A stretch of 63,914 nucleotides of DNA, counting the filler, from Choristocarpus tenellus KU-1152 (Eukaryota; Protista; Phaeophyceae): assembly GCA_964200185.2 (NCBI GenBank). It is 9 parts of 9 records of this genome, joined end to end, with 100 filler letters (N's around TTAATTAATTAA, not from the genome) between each part and the next. Parts side by side here need not be neighbours in the genome. Positions count along the whole stretch, not along the records: positions 36,414 to 41,218 come from CAXNAD020012991.1; positions 41,319 to 46,032 come from CAXNAD020013365.1; positions 46,133 to 49,214 come from CAXNAD020022445.1; positions 49,315 to 59,995 come from CAXNAD020002790.1; 5 more parts are not named here. The stretch is one strand, 5' to 3'. The translations under genes and the position numbers were made by a program. The notes beneath the pieces were generated by a model. The model made no database searches. It was not told the origin of the DNA and saw only the letters and a list, made by a program, of their open reading frames with translations. Within the stretch, counting starts at the first letter, position 1, and every line of letters starts with the position of its first letter. This document shows, piece after piece, positions 38,843-51,842 of this stretch.

Positions 38843-40203
38843 CTCCTCTGTCCCGTAAGTCTGGTTAATATTTTTCATCATTTTTCGAGTATGTTTTTCA
38901 GATTTAAAAATGGTTTGTTGCAATGGATTCCTGGGCGTTTTCTGCATCTACCTCAAACTTCATCCTCGCTTGCCTCCCCATCACACCACCACTCCTCCGT
39001 CACGATAAATGCCTGCTGATCCATTGCCACGAACGTTTTTCGACCGCAAGTAGACCCCGACTTTCCAGCCCCCTTGTGTTCTAATTCGAAATCGTTTCCT
39101 CCGAGAGCCGCCAACACTTGATTGTACCTACTGAATAGGCTCTGCCACACTCGCTCAAGAATCTCTGCCGGGTACTTGTTGAAAAGCGTCCTAACGCCCA
39201 CGGCCATGTCCTCCACGGTACCGAAGTGCTCCTTCCAAACTCTTCTTTTCAGCGAATTGAAAAACCCCAAATCGTTGATGTTGAGGCCTGGAGACTGTGC
39301 CGGCTGCGTTTCAGGTTTGATGTTCCACCCATCACTCTTCCCCGCTCTGTTGAGCTTCCGTGGGTTGTCGTTGCCAGTATGAGGTGCCACTCCGTCCTGC
39401 TGCACCATCAGGTGGAGGGTTTCCACCCAGGGCATCTTTTCCTTGACGGCAGGCAACAATTTTTCGACGTACCATTGCTGATACCATTCCGAGTCGATGG
39501 TCACATCAACATCATACTTGTCCCCCCGCTGGTGGTTGACGGTTGTCCTCTGCAACTTGCTGATATTTACATTGGACTCTTCGAGCTCAATCTTGAGCTT
39601 CCGAATGGTCAGGTGTCTGCGCTCAGAGTTGACCTCGATGATCCTCTGCTTTTTCGTTGGCATGAAGACTGTGGGAGCACCAGACCTCTTCTTGGTGTCA
39701 AGGACCAGCGTGTAGCCAGCAATGAGCTGCTCCGCTGCCTTGTTCCACAGCCTGGAGGCGTAGCCTTTGGAGACCTTGAACTCCTTCTCGAGAGCTGAGC
39801 CAACACCTCTCTCTCGGCAGGTTCTCTTGTTCAGGAGGCAACGCAAGTGCATATCGCACAACCAACGCGTGGCGACCCTCCACAGACAACTCCCCATTGT
39901 CCCCGCGGTCGGATGGGCTGCAAGGTTTGGCCATCTGGCTGCTGTTTGGGCCTTTCACGTTGTCGCAACTAACCCTAACCTTGCTGGGCCAGTCCAGAAT
40001 CGCGGCGGAGCTACCCCAAAAAGTGCTGATATTTAGCTGTAGTTTTCGGAACAGATTGCAGCCCAAAATCAAATTTCCAATAGACAGTGGTAGAGAGCAG
40101 TTCCGGTGCTTTCACATGGTGACCCGTTTGCATGGCATCTTGTCGTAGATCTGGAGTTATGACTCGCTGAGTGGACGTTGGACAGACTTATGAGACTGAG
40201 GAG
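38843..40203 (-). mobile_element. Tc1/mariner (plant-type DD39D-like) transposon with both TIRs, internally deleted
   Basis: TA + CTCCTCTGTCCCGTAAGTCTG at 38841 and CAGACTTATGAGACTGAGGAG + TG ending at 40203 (Stowaway-like CTCCCTC.GTCCC terminus). Contains ORF 38953-39897. Confidence 0.85.
38953..39897 (-). pseudogene. Mariner DD39D-like transposase, internally deleted
   Basis: QQDGVAPHT...WNIKPETQPAQSPGLNINDLGFFNSLK...GGNDF motifs are present. The first catalytic Asp block (H.DEKWF) is absent between NISK and LQRTT, and SPD reads SPG. Confidence 0.85.
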
Positions 40204-41198
40204 TGTAATATAGTGTAGATGTGGGGAGTGGTGTAGCATATCTGGTTGTCAAATAGTAAATAGATTTTTGAGATATATCTTTCACATTTATGAAAACTGC
40301 TACATTTAGAGGTGTTTTTATGATACTGAATTGGCCCTTCCCGTGACACATCTGAAAAATGTAAGGGAGTAAGTTGGTACCAGTAGCTTTGCCCTCTGTG
40401 GCAGTTCTCCTTTTTTTCACTGGAACGCTGCAACAGATATACAACAATATATTTATCAAATGAAAGCTTATGACAAGACCTTTTGAAGGTTTGAATGCAG
40501 GAATGTACAAACTTCGGTGAACGGGAACTATGTCCCAATAAAATATTGGAAAAACGCGGGGGAATATCTCCGGCGCAATTTTGAAGCTCACGACTTCAAA
40601 ACTTGCAAAAATGAGGTGGTTGGCAGAATTCCTTGCAGAAAACTGATCCGGGGTACGTCGCTGCCCAAGTTTGGCTTGTGTGGCCCTCACCGAAAAAAAT
40701 GCAGAAACCCCCCCCAAGATCTTCCTCTTTTCAAATCCTTTTGCAGACTTTTTGTGATCACACACACACATAACTTACACAACAATATGAACTACAAAGA
40801 TGAGACAATGAGAGCCGCCGAGGCCATTCTGCCTTCTGGATCTACCCTTGGCACCTTCTCTATTGAGAGGGGCCGGAAAAACAAGTACCGTGTGAAACTC
40901 AGTGCGATGTTAGGTGATGAGAAAGTGCGAGTAGTGTGGTGCAGCAGCATGATTGAATCATGAAGTGGATCACGCGGTCGCGACACTGACGCTGAGAGAA
41001 GATGCACTGAAAGCAATACCCCACAAAAGTGGTTGGATCTTCAACCACATTGAAGCACTGCTCTGTAGTCTCTGCTGCCTCGGGAAAGCAGGAAGAGAAC
41101 AGCAAGTGCATTACCAGGTGTGGTACAGTGATGAAGTCTGTGGGGAAGCCTGGCCACCGCAGGCGAAGGGAGAACCAGAGTGGCCGACCGAAGGGAAG

Positions 41199-41341
41199 GT
41201 GTCAAAGTACCTGGGGGGNNNNNNNNNNNNNNNNNNNNNNNNNNNNNNNNNNNNNNNNNNNNTTAATTAATTAANNNNNNNNNNNNNNNNNNNNNNNNNN
41301 NNNNNNNNNNNNNNNNNNCCCCCCCCAAGATACTTTGACCC
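41199..41341. mobile_element. MITE family A termini on both sides of an assembly gap
   Basis: GTGTCAAAGTACCTGGGGGG before the gap and CCCCCCCCAAGATACTTTGACCC after it. Confidence 0.65.
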
Positions 41342-42630
41342 TTAACCATTGATAGTTCACTGTCTAAGATCAAGGCAGATTCTACTTCTTTATTTCACTC
41401 CTCATATTCCTTGCCGTCATCCTCCACATGTGGAAGGAAACATCCAGCAGATAGGTTGACGTCATAATTGTTTAGGAACCCACACATACACACTGTCTTC
41501 AGAGTACCTGGGCACATTTATCGCTTATTTTGCAGTCCCAGAGATGTTTGTGATGCTTGTGTATTTGTTCCTGTGTATGTGTTTGTTCTTCTCTCCTCCA
41601 AACATCTGGTGGAAAAAAAAGAAGCCGCTGAATAATCAATGACATTATTTTCGTTTTTAATAAAATAATATTTAATTTAAACAGACTGGTTCAATCGGTA
41701 CGATTCAACACACTACACATCTTCTAGATAAGTGGGCGAGCCACCGTCTACACTTCCCCAATTTTCAACATTGTGAACAACTAACTGCCAATTGGTCTTG
41801 TACATACATACACTCTGTGGCACGTTTTTACTGCTCCAGAGTACTTCAAAGTGCTACTGAAGTAGAGTGGGGATTCAAACTCATTTTGCCGAAAAAAATC
41901 GAAGAAAAGTCAACCAAAGCAACAGTGCATTCCCCCTGTCAGTAAACTATACTACTATAGCAGTTTTGTCACTAAGTGTATTTTAAGAAATATAAATAAT
42001 GACAAATGCTTGCTAGCTCCTGTGACAGCAGGCACGAGCAGCGCATGGCCGTGAAAACTTTCTTGTTGCTTTTTACTTGAGAATAAGAGAGATAATTGAG
42101 CACAGCCACTACTAATCATTTACCAATCAGTCAGCGTTCAGCATATGTGTCAATATCACCTGCTCTTCCATGGACGAGGGTTTGCCTTCAATGCAAACCT
42201 GCTCTTCTGGTAAGAACTTCATATTCTGCTGCATTTGACCACTGTCCAATTTCCTCAAGCGATGCAAGCGAGGAAGGAAAAAAGTCGACAGAGAAAGCCT
42301 GAAGCAGCTCGAAAAAGGATAGACAAATTTCTGATCTTGCATAAATCCAGTCCCTCCTTGAGTGCCACAGAGTGTCAGTCGCATGTGGAATCCTGCTGCT
42401 TGCATGAAGACTCAGATACACATTTTCCCCTCTTTCTATATTTGTTTAATAGGAATCAAAAGTAATCAGCTCATGGTTTGATTGAAATAGAGGATACGAA
42501 TGTCAGATCATGGTGAGGCTATATCGGTCTGCTGGTATAGTAGTAATTGTTCCTCCAAAATCTACTCTTGGGCATCCGTGTTCTCGATGCAACTGCCAGC
42601 CCTGCTTTGAGTGGGACTAGCTGGTGGAGC

Positions 42631-45512
42631 TCACCACCCTCCACCTCCCACTATGCTCTCCTCCAGGTGCTCCACGTCAACTTGCAGCAATTGTGTGAAC
42701 AACCGATATTAACAATCACCAGGACAGAACAGGGAGGGGGTTTAGTAGGTTTACTGCAAGGTGATACAGGGCAAGAACAGTGGACTGGGAGGTATTATCA
42801 ATATTTCTTTTCTATTCCCTGAAAGACTTTTGTCTCTGGATTTGTTCTATGAACGATACAGATCAAGATGCCTATGAATGAGAAGTAGAGATTTGGAGAG
42901 GGGAAATTATATGTAGGAGGGATAAGAGGCACCTGTGAAGGTTTATTGTGATGTTAGATCAACATTGAAGGGCAGGATATGGGATAGGGTTAGATATATT
43001 TGTTAGGGCCATTAGGTCAGGGTAGTAGTTTTAGGCAGGTAAGCATGATATCAATCAGATAATTTTCCATCTTTTCATTTTTAAATCTCTACAGCACAGT
43101 CAAATATTCAGTCTTCTAAAAAAATCCAGTTTATATAAGCCTTGTCAGAGATGATAACAGTTACAAACTCAATTTATTTCTGAAAAGGTTAAGATGTAAT
43201 ACCGTCCTTTTTTTTCTAAAGCGTATCAAGCGGGCGAGACGATCAAGTCGCATAAAAAAAGATATGATGAATGACATTTTAGTTATTATTGTCGTCGGAC
43301 TCAAAGTACCTGGGAGGGCGGGGGGGTCTACATCAGGTTGTCCATTCGGGCACTATCCAGGAGAAGTGCACTCACACTATCCATCCAACGCATGTAACCA
43401 AATCACCCAAAAATCGTGACATGGAAAAATGGTCCCCAAATGGACAGCCACCGCCCCACCCCCCTCCAGATACTTGGAGCCATCAGCAAGGAAAGAACAT
43501 CTTCAACATCGCCAAAAAGAGGTCGTTAGGTACTATGCTACAGCAAGGTTGTCAGCAAGAGGCCCAACTAGCCCACACAAGTATCCAGGTCCACCGTCCC
43601 TTCCATAACTCACTGAGCTTGACAAGCCCGTGTGCCCTACAGACAGTGCAGAAGGTGCTCTATTTGATGAACAGGTGACACGAAGTGTATAAACCCGGAG
43701 AGGTGATTGTCACAGTGGAAGCAACAGTGGAAGCATATCGCCATCACCCATGGCACCACCAACAACCCCGAGGGAGGATGGCAAATTCGGATTAGCATAG
43801 ACGGGTGTGGTTTGATAGGCCAAGTGGAGAGGGATACAAGTAGAAACAGATCGGTAAGGCATTGTCTCTTACATTTCAATCGACACCAGGGTGGAGTATT
43901 CTAATGATAGATATATTGTGGGTGGGTAGTAGGCTTGGAGTGGTTATATTGTTACAGTGGATTGCCTTCGTTTTTTATTTGTTAGGTTCTCGCTCACCTT
44001 TCGAGAGCCCTTTTGTTGGTTACTCACAGGATTCTAATCACTTGGGGAAAGTATAATAAAATTTATCTAAAATTTTCTGTGTGGCTTGTGCAGTGCTTCG
44101 ACTGTGTAATTACTGTATCTGAACACTAACATCAAGAAAAAATCTTGATTAGCAAAGAAGAAAATAGTTTGCTTCTTCATACAAGTGGAAGTCCTTTCTC
44201 ACGAAGTACCTCTGCAGAGGGCGGGGTATAAGGATGTATGTATCTATACTTTGGTCAACTCTACAGTTGTAGTGTCAATAACTATGTATGTATTACGTAT
44301 GTATACTAGGTATTCAGTAGTGAGTCACCTTAGATATTGCAAATGAACCCTCATTCCCTGAAGTTGATGCTTCCCTGAACATCCGTAGGACCCTTCTCTC
44401 ACTAAAGTGAGGAGCTACCCTGAACAGGAGGGGTAAGTTGAATAGAGGATGTAGGCAGGGGAAAAAAATGTCATAGGCAAGCTGGGTGGTGGATATGTCA
44501 TATCCCCAACTATGCTTTTGTGAGAGGTATACAGGATCGAACATGCACTTTTCCTGCCCCACTGATCCATTTGCAAGCTTGCTCTATACCTCTCTCCCTC
44601 TCTCTCTTTGCTATTTTTTTTGTTGTTGTTAGATTTTTTATTCATAATCATATAGTCTTTCTTTTTCTGCTACTGTACTTTTTTCTCTTTTTCTCCATCT
44701 CTGTGTTCGTTTCTTTCTTTCCCTTTATATGTATATTCCTCTTTTTGTTTATTTCTTCTATATATTTTTCGCTTCTTAATAATATAAGTCTCTCTCTCTC
44801 TCTTTCTTGCATTAATACATTTTCTGACGGCAGGGACTATACTTGATTGGACTATTAATGATAGATACTTGGTACTACTACTACAACTACTACTGCAAAT
44901 AATAAATAGTACTACCAATAAATAAATAGTAATACTTGGAAGTAAAATATAGCGTGAACCTCGACAACCTTTCCATTAGAAAACACTGTTCACATAATAA
45001 AGCATAACAATGCAAGCGAATCGCCAAAAAAAAAGAAGTAAAATCCGCTTTTTTAATTCTTCTGACTGGCCCTTTGCAGTTTGCTGAATCCCTACCTAAA
45101 CATGAACAAAAAACACATAGAGATGCCACTTGGACGGTAGCGACAAGAATCAGACTCACCTGAGGGTGATAGCATTGAACTCGTCAAAACTTAAAACTCC
45201 ATCCCCGTTTTCGTCTCCTTTGGCAAAGAGGTCGCACAGGCGATTCTCGATGGTGTGCTGGCGTTGAAGGAGTACCTGCATGAAGAGCTGCAAAACCTGA
45301 AGGAGAAATTTGTACATACACTCAATATATGTTACTATTTTGTGTGTGTGTAATTGGTGTGTAGATCATCACTGAGGACAGGCAGATGATGGGTGAGAAA
45401 TGGACAGCAGCAGGTGATGGAACTTTGTTGAAGTCGCTGGGATGGTGCATTTCATTTCCATTTGTAGTCTGTAGGGTCGAAGGAGGCACACGTATTATGC
45501 ATGCAGACACAG

Positions 45513-45565
<53 letters not shown>

Positions 45566-46032
45566 TGATACTTCGATGAGGTGAGATCACATTCATCTTT
45601 GAGTGTAAAGCAGCGATTTACTTTTGCTTTGGAAGTTGAGTGATCATCTCACATTGCTTGCTTACCTTGTACTCTGTGCTCACTTGAGATGACTTCCAAA
45701 GAAAAGTCTGGGGCCTCTTTGAGATAGAAAATGCAGAATCAGATGAAAGAGAGAGCACTGACTGAATCAAAGATTTCTCCGGTAGGAGAACTCCATTTGG
45801 AGTATGGAATGTTTCCTGTCATTTTTTCCCCCCATTTTCAAGTTGCAATAAGTCCAACTGGGCAGGGCAGGGGCACTCACACGGTCCATGTCCACAACCA
45901 CACGAAGTTTCTGTTGATGAAGTCCATCGGCACTGCTGTCGTCTGCCCTAACACGATCCCCAACTCCCCTATCAATATCCCCCCCCATGTTCAACTTACG
46001 CACCAAAGCTCTGATCATGGATCTGTAGCCCT
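42631..46032 (-). CDS. EF-hand-containing protein, 3' part (5' lost in the gap; final exon uncertain)
   Basis: Exons <46032-45881 (...LRVVVDMDR), 45296-45160 (VLQLFMQ...LCDLFAKGDENGDGVLSFDEFNAITL), 44419-44329 (VAPHFSERRVLRMFREA...AISK), 43659-43614 (STFCTVCRAHGLVKL) and 42680-42631, with consistent phases. DENGDGVLSFDE is a canonical EF-hand loop. Confidence 0.75.
43298..43481 (+). mobile_element. MITE family A, in an intron of the EF-hand gene
   Basis: GACTCAAAGTACCTGGG...CCAGATACTTGGAGCC with the conserved interior. Confidence 0.85.
45517..45561. repeat. (GT)n microsatellite
   Basis: About 22 GT units. Confidence 0.9.
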
Positions 46033-46199
46033 NNNNNNNNNNNNNNNNNNNNNNNNNNNNNNNNNNNNNNNNNNNNTTAATTAATTAANNNNNNNNNNNN
46101 NNNNNNNNNNNNNNNNNNNNNNNNNNNNNNNNTTTTTTTTTTTTTTTTTTGGTGGGGTGGCGGAGGGGGGGGGGGGGGGGGGGGGGGGTCCCGAGACAG

Positions 46200-49100
46200 T
46201 GGACACCTCTAGTGGGAGTGTCATTGCAGACAAGTATGGGGCGGAGTTCTACGAGTGCAGCGCCAAGACAGGCGTTAACATCAAGGAGGCGTTCAACTCT
46301 GTCGTGCAGAAGGTGAGTGTGTGTGTGTGTGAGAGAGTGAGAGTGAAAGAGTTTTTTTTTATTTTTTTCTGAATGAGGAGTCCTTGTTTAAAAAAAAAAT
46401 GGTGCATATTGTTTTTGCTAGAGATTGTAAGATTTAATTTAATAATGCTATCATTGATAGTATATGACGAGGGTTTTGCACTGTGGTGAAGGCATGTCTT
46501 GGCATTTTGCCTGTTGTGACCAAGGAGGTTCTCTCTTACTTGGTGCCTGAAATGTTTTTTTCATTGTGGTTTTTGTCTAACAATGAATTGATGCAATTGA
46601 GTGTGTCTGCAGTGTGGGGACACTTCTGTGTTTCAATCTAATATTTATTGTCTTTGTTTGTTGCTCCTAAACACATCAAAAGTGGGGTCAAATTTAATCA
46701 TTTTTGGTCAAATTTAATCATTTTTGGTCAAATTTAATCATTTTTGGAAACGTCTCACCGTACAGGGTAAAAAATAAAAAATCCCCTAGTAGTACTTTTG
46801 AAAATCAGGTAGGGTTCATGTTGTTCCTACCTGATTTTGACAAATCGTACAAATTGAAGTACGGAAATTCCACATTCTTGAGAGGGTTTTGTATGATTTG
46901 TGGTAGGATGTCTGCGGAGGTTTATTTTGCTTTCAATATATATTTTTCAGACACAACACCCTTTTTGGTGTTGTTATGTATGCATAGGCCGTTAGGTTTG
47001 GTCTTCAACACAATGGTTGAGTATGTGTAGTTAATTATCTTGAATGAAGGATATCGAGGGTTTCGTACATTAGTTTAATACTTTATATCATCAGATTTAA
47101 TACTTTATATCAGATTTAATACTTTATATAATCAGATTTAATACTTTATATAATCAGATTTAATACTTTATATCATCAGATTTAATACTTTATATCATCA
47201 GATTTAATACTTTATATCATCAGATTTAATACTTTATACTCCAACGAGGCAATAGTATCATCAGATTGCTTTTTTTAATGAAAAAAATCTGTCAGAACAT
47301 TGCTACTGAGTTTAAAAACACTATCTCTCTGTATGTGTGTGCTTTTGAATATCCTTATACAGGTGTATGATGTGTCTCTAGCAAAACCACCAACGCCTTC
47401 CAGTTCCAGGTCTGGGAAACGTCGATCACACAGGATACTACGCAGGTCAACAAAGGAGGACAAAGAAAGGTCGGTGGGTGTTGATGCATTCCGTGTTAGG
47501 GTGTCCTGCCATGGAAATGCTGTTTCCCCCTGAGATGTTTCTAGTGGCACTCTCCTCCCCCCTTTTATCCAAGGTCATAATATACACATACAATACGTAA
47601 AATATATATATACATACATAAAACTAATAAAAAGAAATATGTATGCACTTTTTTTTTTGTCCTCTATGTCTACATGTTTCCTTTCAACGGGTGAGGTGTA
47701 TGTATGTATATATTATGTAAGTGTATACGTATCGCAGGTAATGTTTATTTTTATTTTCATTGGAACGGACCGATGGGATAGATTTTGTTTTTTTGTTCTT
47801 TTTATTATTCGAACATTTTCTATTTTTAATTGCGTTTTGGTTTTCGATTTGAGTCGTATGGCGTGTTCTGCACTGACAGTTCCAGATGGAACTGGACGTT
47901 GAGTGAGTGGGTTGTTTGATAAAATGCTGGGTTTGTCCGTCTGGAAAGTGGAAGGCGTTGGCGATGGCAATGTATTGCTACGGTGGTTAAATTTTTGTCA
48001 AGTTTTGCTGCTTCTACAACCTGATTGTTAACCCTTGGACCCCCCTCCTTCCCCTCCCCCTTCTCCTCTCCCCCTTTGTGTTGGTTGTGTGATATATATA
48101 TATATATATATATTTGTTTTTTGTGGCAGGTCTACAAGGGGTGACTCCTCTTCAGGCGGTCGACTGTCAGATAGTCAAGTTCATCATTCTGTGACACATA
48201 AGGAGTCGAATGAGGAGTTGAATGACAAGATCGACAAGCAGTCACGTTTCTCTAGCGATGCCTCAAACACCAGGTTGGTATTAGGGTTAGGGTGAGGGTT
48301 AGGGTTATTTCCTTTGTGTTACGGTGGCGTGTGCACTTGCAAAATTCGGCTCTTGTTGGATGGCACTTGGTTTGTATTTAGCGATTTGAATTTGACGGTA
48401 TGGAAACTCTTTCCCCTGCCTGCCTCTATTGACTTTTATCTGTTATCTGTTCTGGAAGTGTCGATGATCTCAATTTGATTTTAAATATCGTTTTAGAGTG
48501 ATTACTTGGATTCTGTAGGAGTTGGAGTGAAAGGGTGTCTGGAGTGTCGAATACGGTTGCGTGATGTAGGTGTTCCAGAGCACCATGGAGTATTCTCCTA
48601 CGGTTTTGTCGCTCCAAAGTCAAGCCATGTTTTATGCAGCGAATATATTTTTTTTACATTTCTTTCCTGTTTTTTTTTTAAAAATGTAATCCCAAATATT
48701 TGTGGAACGAACTGTCAGATAAGGGCATATATACGCTATCCATAGTTTGATGCTTGAAATACAGTCTTGCGGTAGTAGGGTGAATTGTAACCTTGGGAGT
48801 GCTAAAGTGCTAAAGTGATTGCATCAAACCACACTGTACAACACTTGGAATTCATTGTATATTGTGGTTACAACCCCTAGCATTGCACATTCTCTTGCGC
48901 GAGTCATTATATATGTTATAGTAACCCTCTCCCCCTGTACCCTACCTATCCCTCTACCCCCTTTTTAGTGCAATGAGCTCCTTCAGTCATGGGTCTTCCT
49001 CGATCTCCGGAGGCACCTCAACAACCACCTCTCTGTCTGGGTCATTATCGGGGGACATACGCTGTAACTCCAGGACACCTCCCAGTGAGTGCTTATCGCC

Positions 49101-49214
49101 TCCATCAGGTGACCTCATTGGGGCATCTGCACGTCGGGCATTGGGGCTGCCTAGCCCTCCTCTCACAGCAGGGGTGGGGGCCTTTGGAGGGTTTGGAGTG
49201 GTGTCGGTGAAGGG
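46200..49214 (+). CDS. Rab/Ras-like small GTPase, C-terminal part with a Ser-rich extension (partial at both ends)
   Basis: Exon 46200-46312 VDTSSGSVIADKYGAEFYECSAKTGVNIKEAFNSVVQK (G5 box ECSAK). In-phase downstream exons at 47363-47409, 48130-48273 and 48969->49214. Confidence 0.7.
47075..47238. repeat. Minisatellite, ~19-22-bp unit tcagatttaatactttatatca x~7
   Basis: Tandem copies in the GTPase intron. Confidence 0.9.
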
Positions 49215-49386
49215 NNNNNNNNNNNNNNNNNNNNNNNNNNNNNNNNNNNNNNNNNNNNTTAATTAATTAANNNNNNNNNNNNNNNNNNNNNNNNNNNNNN
49301 NNNNNNNNNNNNNNGGGGAGTTGAGGGGGGCAAGGAAAGAAGATGAGTTGCGATAATTGATTGGGAGGGTTGGTTGGGGGATAGTT

Positions 49387-49569
49387 GACCCAAAGTATCT
49401 GGGGAAGGGGGATTCTATGGCAGAGTGTCCATTTAAACCAATACCAGGAAAAATGAATGCACTTTCATTATCCATCCAACGTATGGAACCAAATCACCCA
49501 AAAATTGCGACATGAAAAAATTGACCCGAATGGACAGCCGCCACCCCCCCCCCCCAGATACTTTGACCC
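49387..49569 (+). mobile_element. MITE family A with 4-bp TSD (AGTT)
   Basis: agtt|GACCCAAAGTATCTGGGG...CCCCAGATACTTTGACCC|agtt. Confidence 0.88.
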
Positions 49570-51612
49570 AGTTTCATATTTTGGGAGGAGGGAGTATCTA
49601 TCTTGGTACCTTATCAAGTGTTAGCATCATTATTAAAAAACACGAAAAAACAGAATTATTTTTTCTTTTTTCATGAAGAACGGTTCAGGAACTTTTTTGT
49701 CCTCTGATAAGTTAGTACTAAGAAGGGCCTAGTGAAATACATGACTAATTTATTGGAGCATGTTCTTGCAGTTAAAAAGCAACTGGCAGCATGAAGGAAG
49801 AGCTCTTCCCATCCTGCCATCTTGCAGATCTTCCTTCCTAAAAAGGTTTGACAGGATTGGACTTTTTTTCACTTGGGAGTTGTACGGGCTTGAGGATGTA
49901 ATTCATTGTAGATGAGCTCAAGCAGTTCAATGCAATTTTTTTTGGCAATATCCAAATCTAATATGGGACAGAAAACTACTCTAGCTAATGTGCCCACATT
50001 GCTAAAAACATGAGCCCTGAGAACTTGAGCAGTGTAGCCGATATAGCCATGATTGACTTTGTTGTGGCATGGTTAGCCCTGAGATGGTCGTTCATTTCCA
50101 AAAGGTTTGGTCACAACAAAGAAGTCAGTGCTCTGGTTGACAGTTACTAGGTAGTATTAGCACTATCTGGTATTGTTGAAGTATAATGTTTTATGTACAG
50201 CAACAAACTCAAGGTTAGGGTTAGCAACAAACTCAAGGTTAGGGTTAGCAACAAACTCACTTGTAAGTGGAAGAGCGGAAGGAAGGGAGATTTTGTATGC
50301 ACCAAGAAGGCGTGTTTTCTGATTTGTTTTTAATGCATTGCGTATATACAATGTATTTGTGGAGTGTACACTGCACCTTGGATAATGTAAAGGCGTTTTG
50401 GCACAATGTTACGATTTGCCTTTACCAAATGTGACAATAACGTTTTCCAAACAAGGGGCGGTATGGAGGAAAAGGGCGCAAGAGCTTGGCGGATTGAAGT
50501 GTTGCCCCAATAACAAGAGTTGTTTGCAAGCAAGTGAAGTACTGTATTAGACACTTTCATCTTACAGAGGAAATGAACTCTGTCATCATATGTACCAGAG
50601 ATGTCTTAGGGAGACCTTCCCCCCCTCCCCCCCGGATATTGTCCACACGGTGGGCTGCTACGGAGCAAGACGGCACTGACTTTTTGGTTACATCTGTTTT
50701 AGGTTCAATGTGGACGGGCGTTTTAGGGTTAGGGTTGGGGTTGGGCGTTATGTTGTCTGAGTTGGGATGTGCGAATATAGGTATTATGCAAGTTGAAGTT
50801 GGTGTAAGAGGGTGCGTTGTCACTGTTTGGCCTGTAGTTGAAATGACCATTTTTTGGGGGGGGATAGTGTGTTGTGATAATATCTTCCCCTTGTGTGTGT
50901 GACTTGTTTGTGTGTATAGAGAGGGTGGACAAGAGGGGGGTTATGGGTTGTATTTTTAATTTGATAGGGGTTGGTTTTGTGGACGGGGGGGGGGGGCGGA
51001 CTTTCCTTGTGTAGAGCTTGGAATCATGATAGTCAACAAGTAGGTGCTGAGAGAGGACAGGGAGAGGGGTCACAATAGGTTGAATAGTTTGAGTATGATA
51101 GGGTGGGCTTATTTTTTGAAGGTATAGAAGCAAATGGTGTTGAGATGACATGGCAAGGGAATGCTGAAAAGGTGGTTGGGGTTAGTGGTTCAGTTTTTGC
51201 TCTGAAGGCCTCTGTTGGATAAGAACATGGTCTTATGTTGATTTGATAGACCCCTTCCTACTTTTATGAATGTATGAGTGAATGAAGATTATCTTCTCAG
51301 AAGACCTGTGCTGTGTTGAGCCCAGGAGGTTGGAAACCGGGGTGAAGGTATTTATTTGTGTGTTGATGAACAAGGCATCGTTAAATCAGTGTTGTATGAG
51401 TTCTTTAGCTTGAGGTTGTGCGTGTGCCACTTGGTGTTCTTTTTGTCAGTTGGTGCATTTCCACACAATCTTTCGCCCCCAGCCTCTTGAGGCGTGATGC
51501 TGTTCTTTTGTGAATGCCCTGATGTTTCCCTTCCTCCCCTCCCTTCCTTGCTCTGCCTGCCAACCCTCTTGATCCCCTACTGGTATGGATACCCTGCTCC
51601 TCTATCTGGTAA

Positions 51613-51651
<39 letters not shown>

Positions 51652-51671
51652 AAAAAAATCAATATATGAAG

Positions 51672-51842
51672 CTGTTTTCCAACCCGTTTGACGTGGGATG
51701 GCGTCAAAATTGGCAGCAAGTGTTTGGGAAAGGAAATTTCCTGATCAGCATGCTGCCCAGTCGTAGAAAGCCACCTCCTCCGGTGGTCCCTTTCTTCCAA
51801 TGGGAACCGGATGGGTCGTCGCACACTGCAGGGATGGGGGAG
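51672..51842 (+). CDS. C-terminal exon of a DHHC-type palmitoyltransferase (partial)
   Basis: LFSNPFDVGWRQNWQQVFGKGNFLISMLPS matches the NP(F/Y)D.G...N..QVFG....LP C-terminal motif of zDHHC enzymes, with an AG acceptor at 51670-51671. The DHHC exon itself was not found and the 3' boundary is uncertain (the frame stays open to 51968). Confidence 0.65.

Noticed and set aside
39122-40148. Several long + strand ORFs (e.g. 39226-39798)
   Set aside because: Antisense shadows of the GC-rich mariner transposase.
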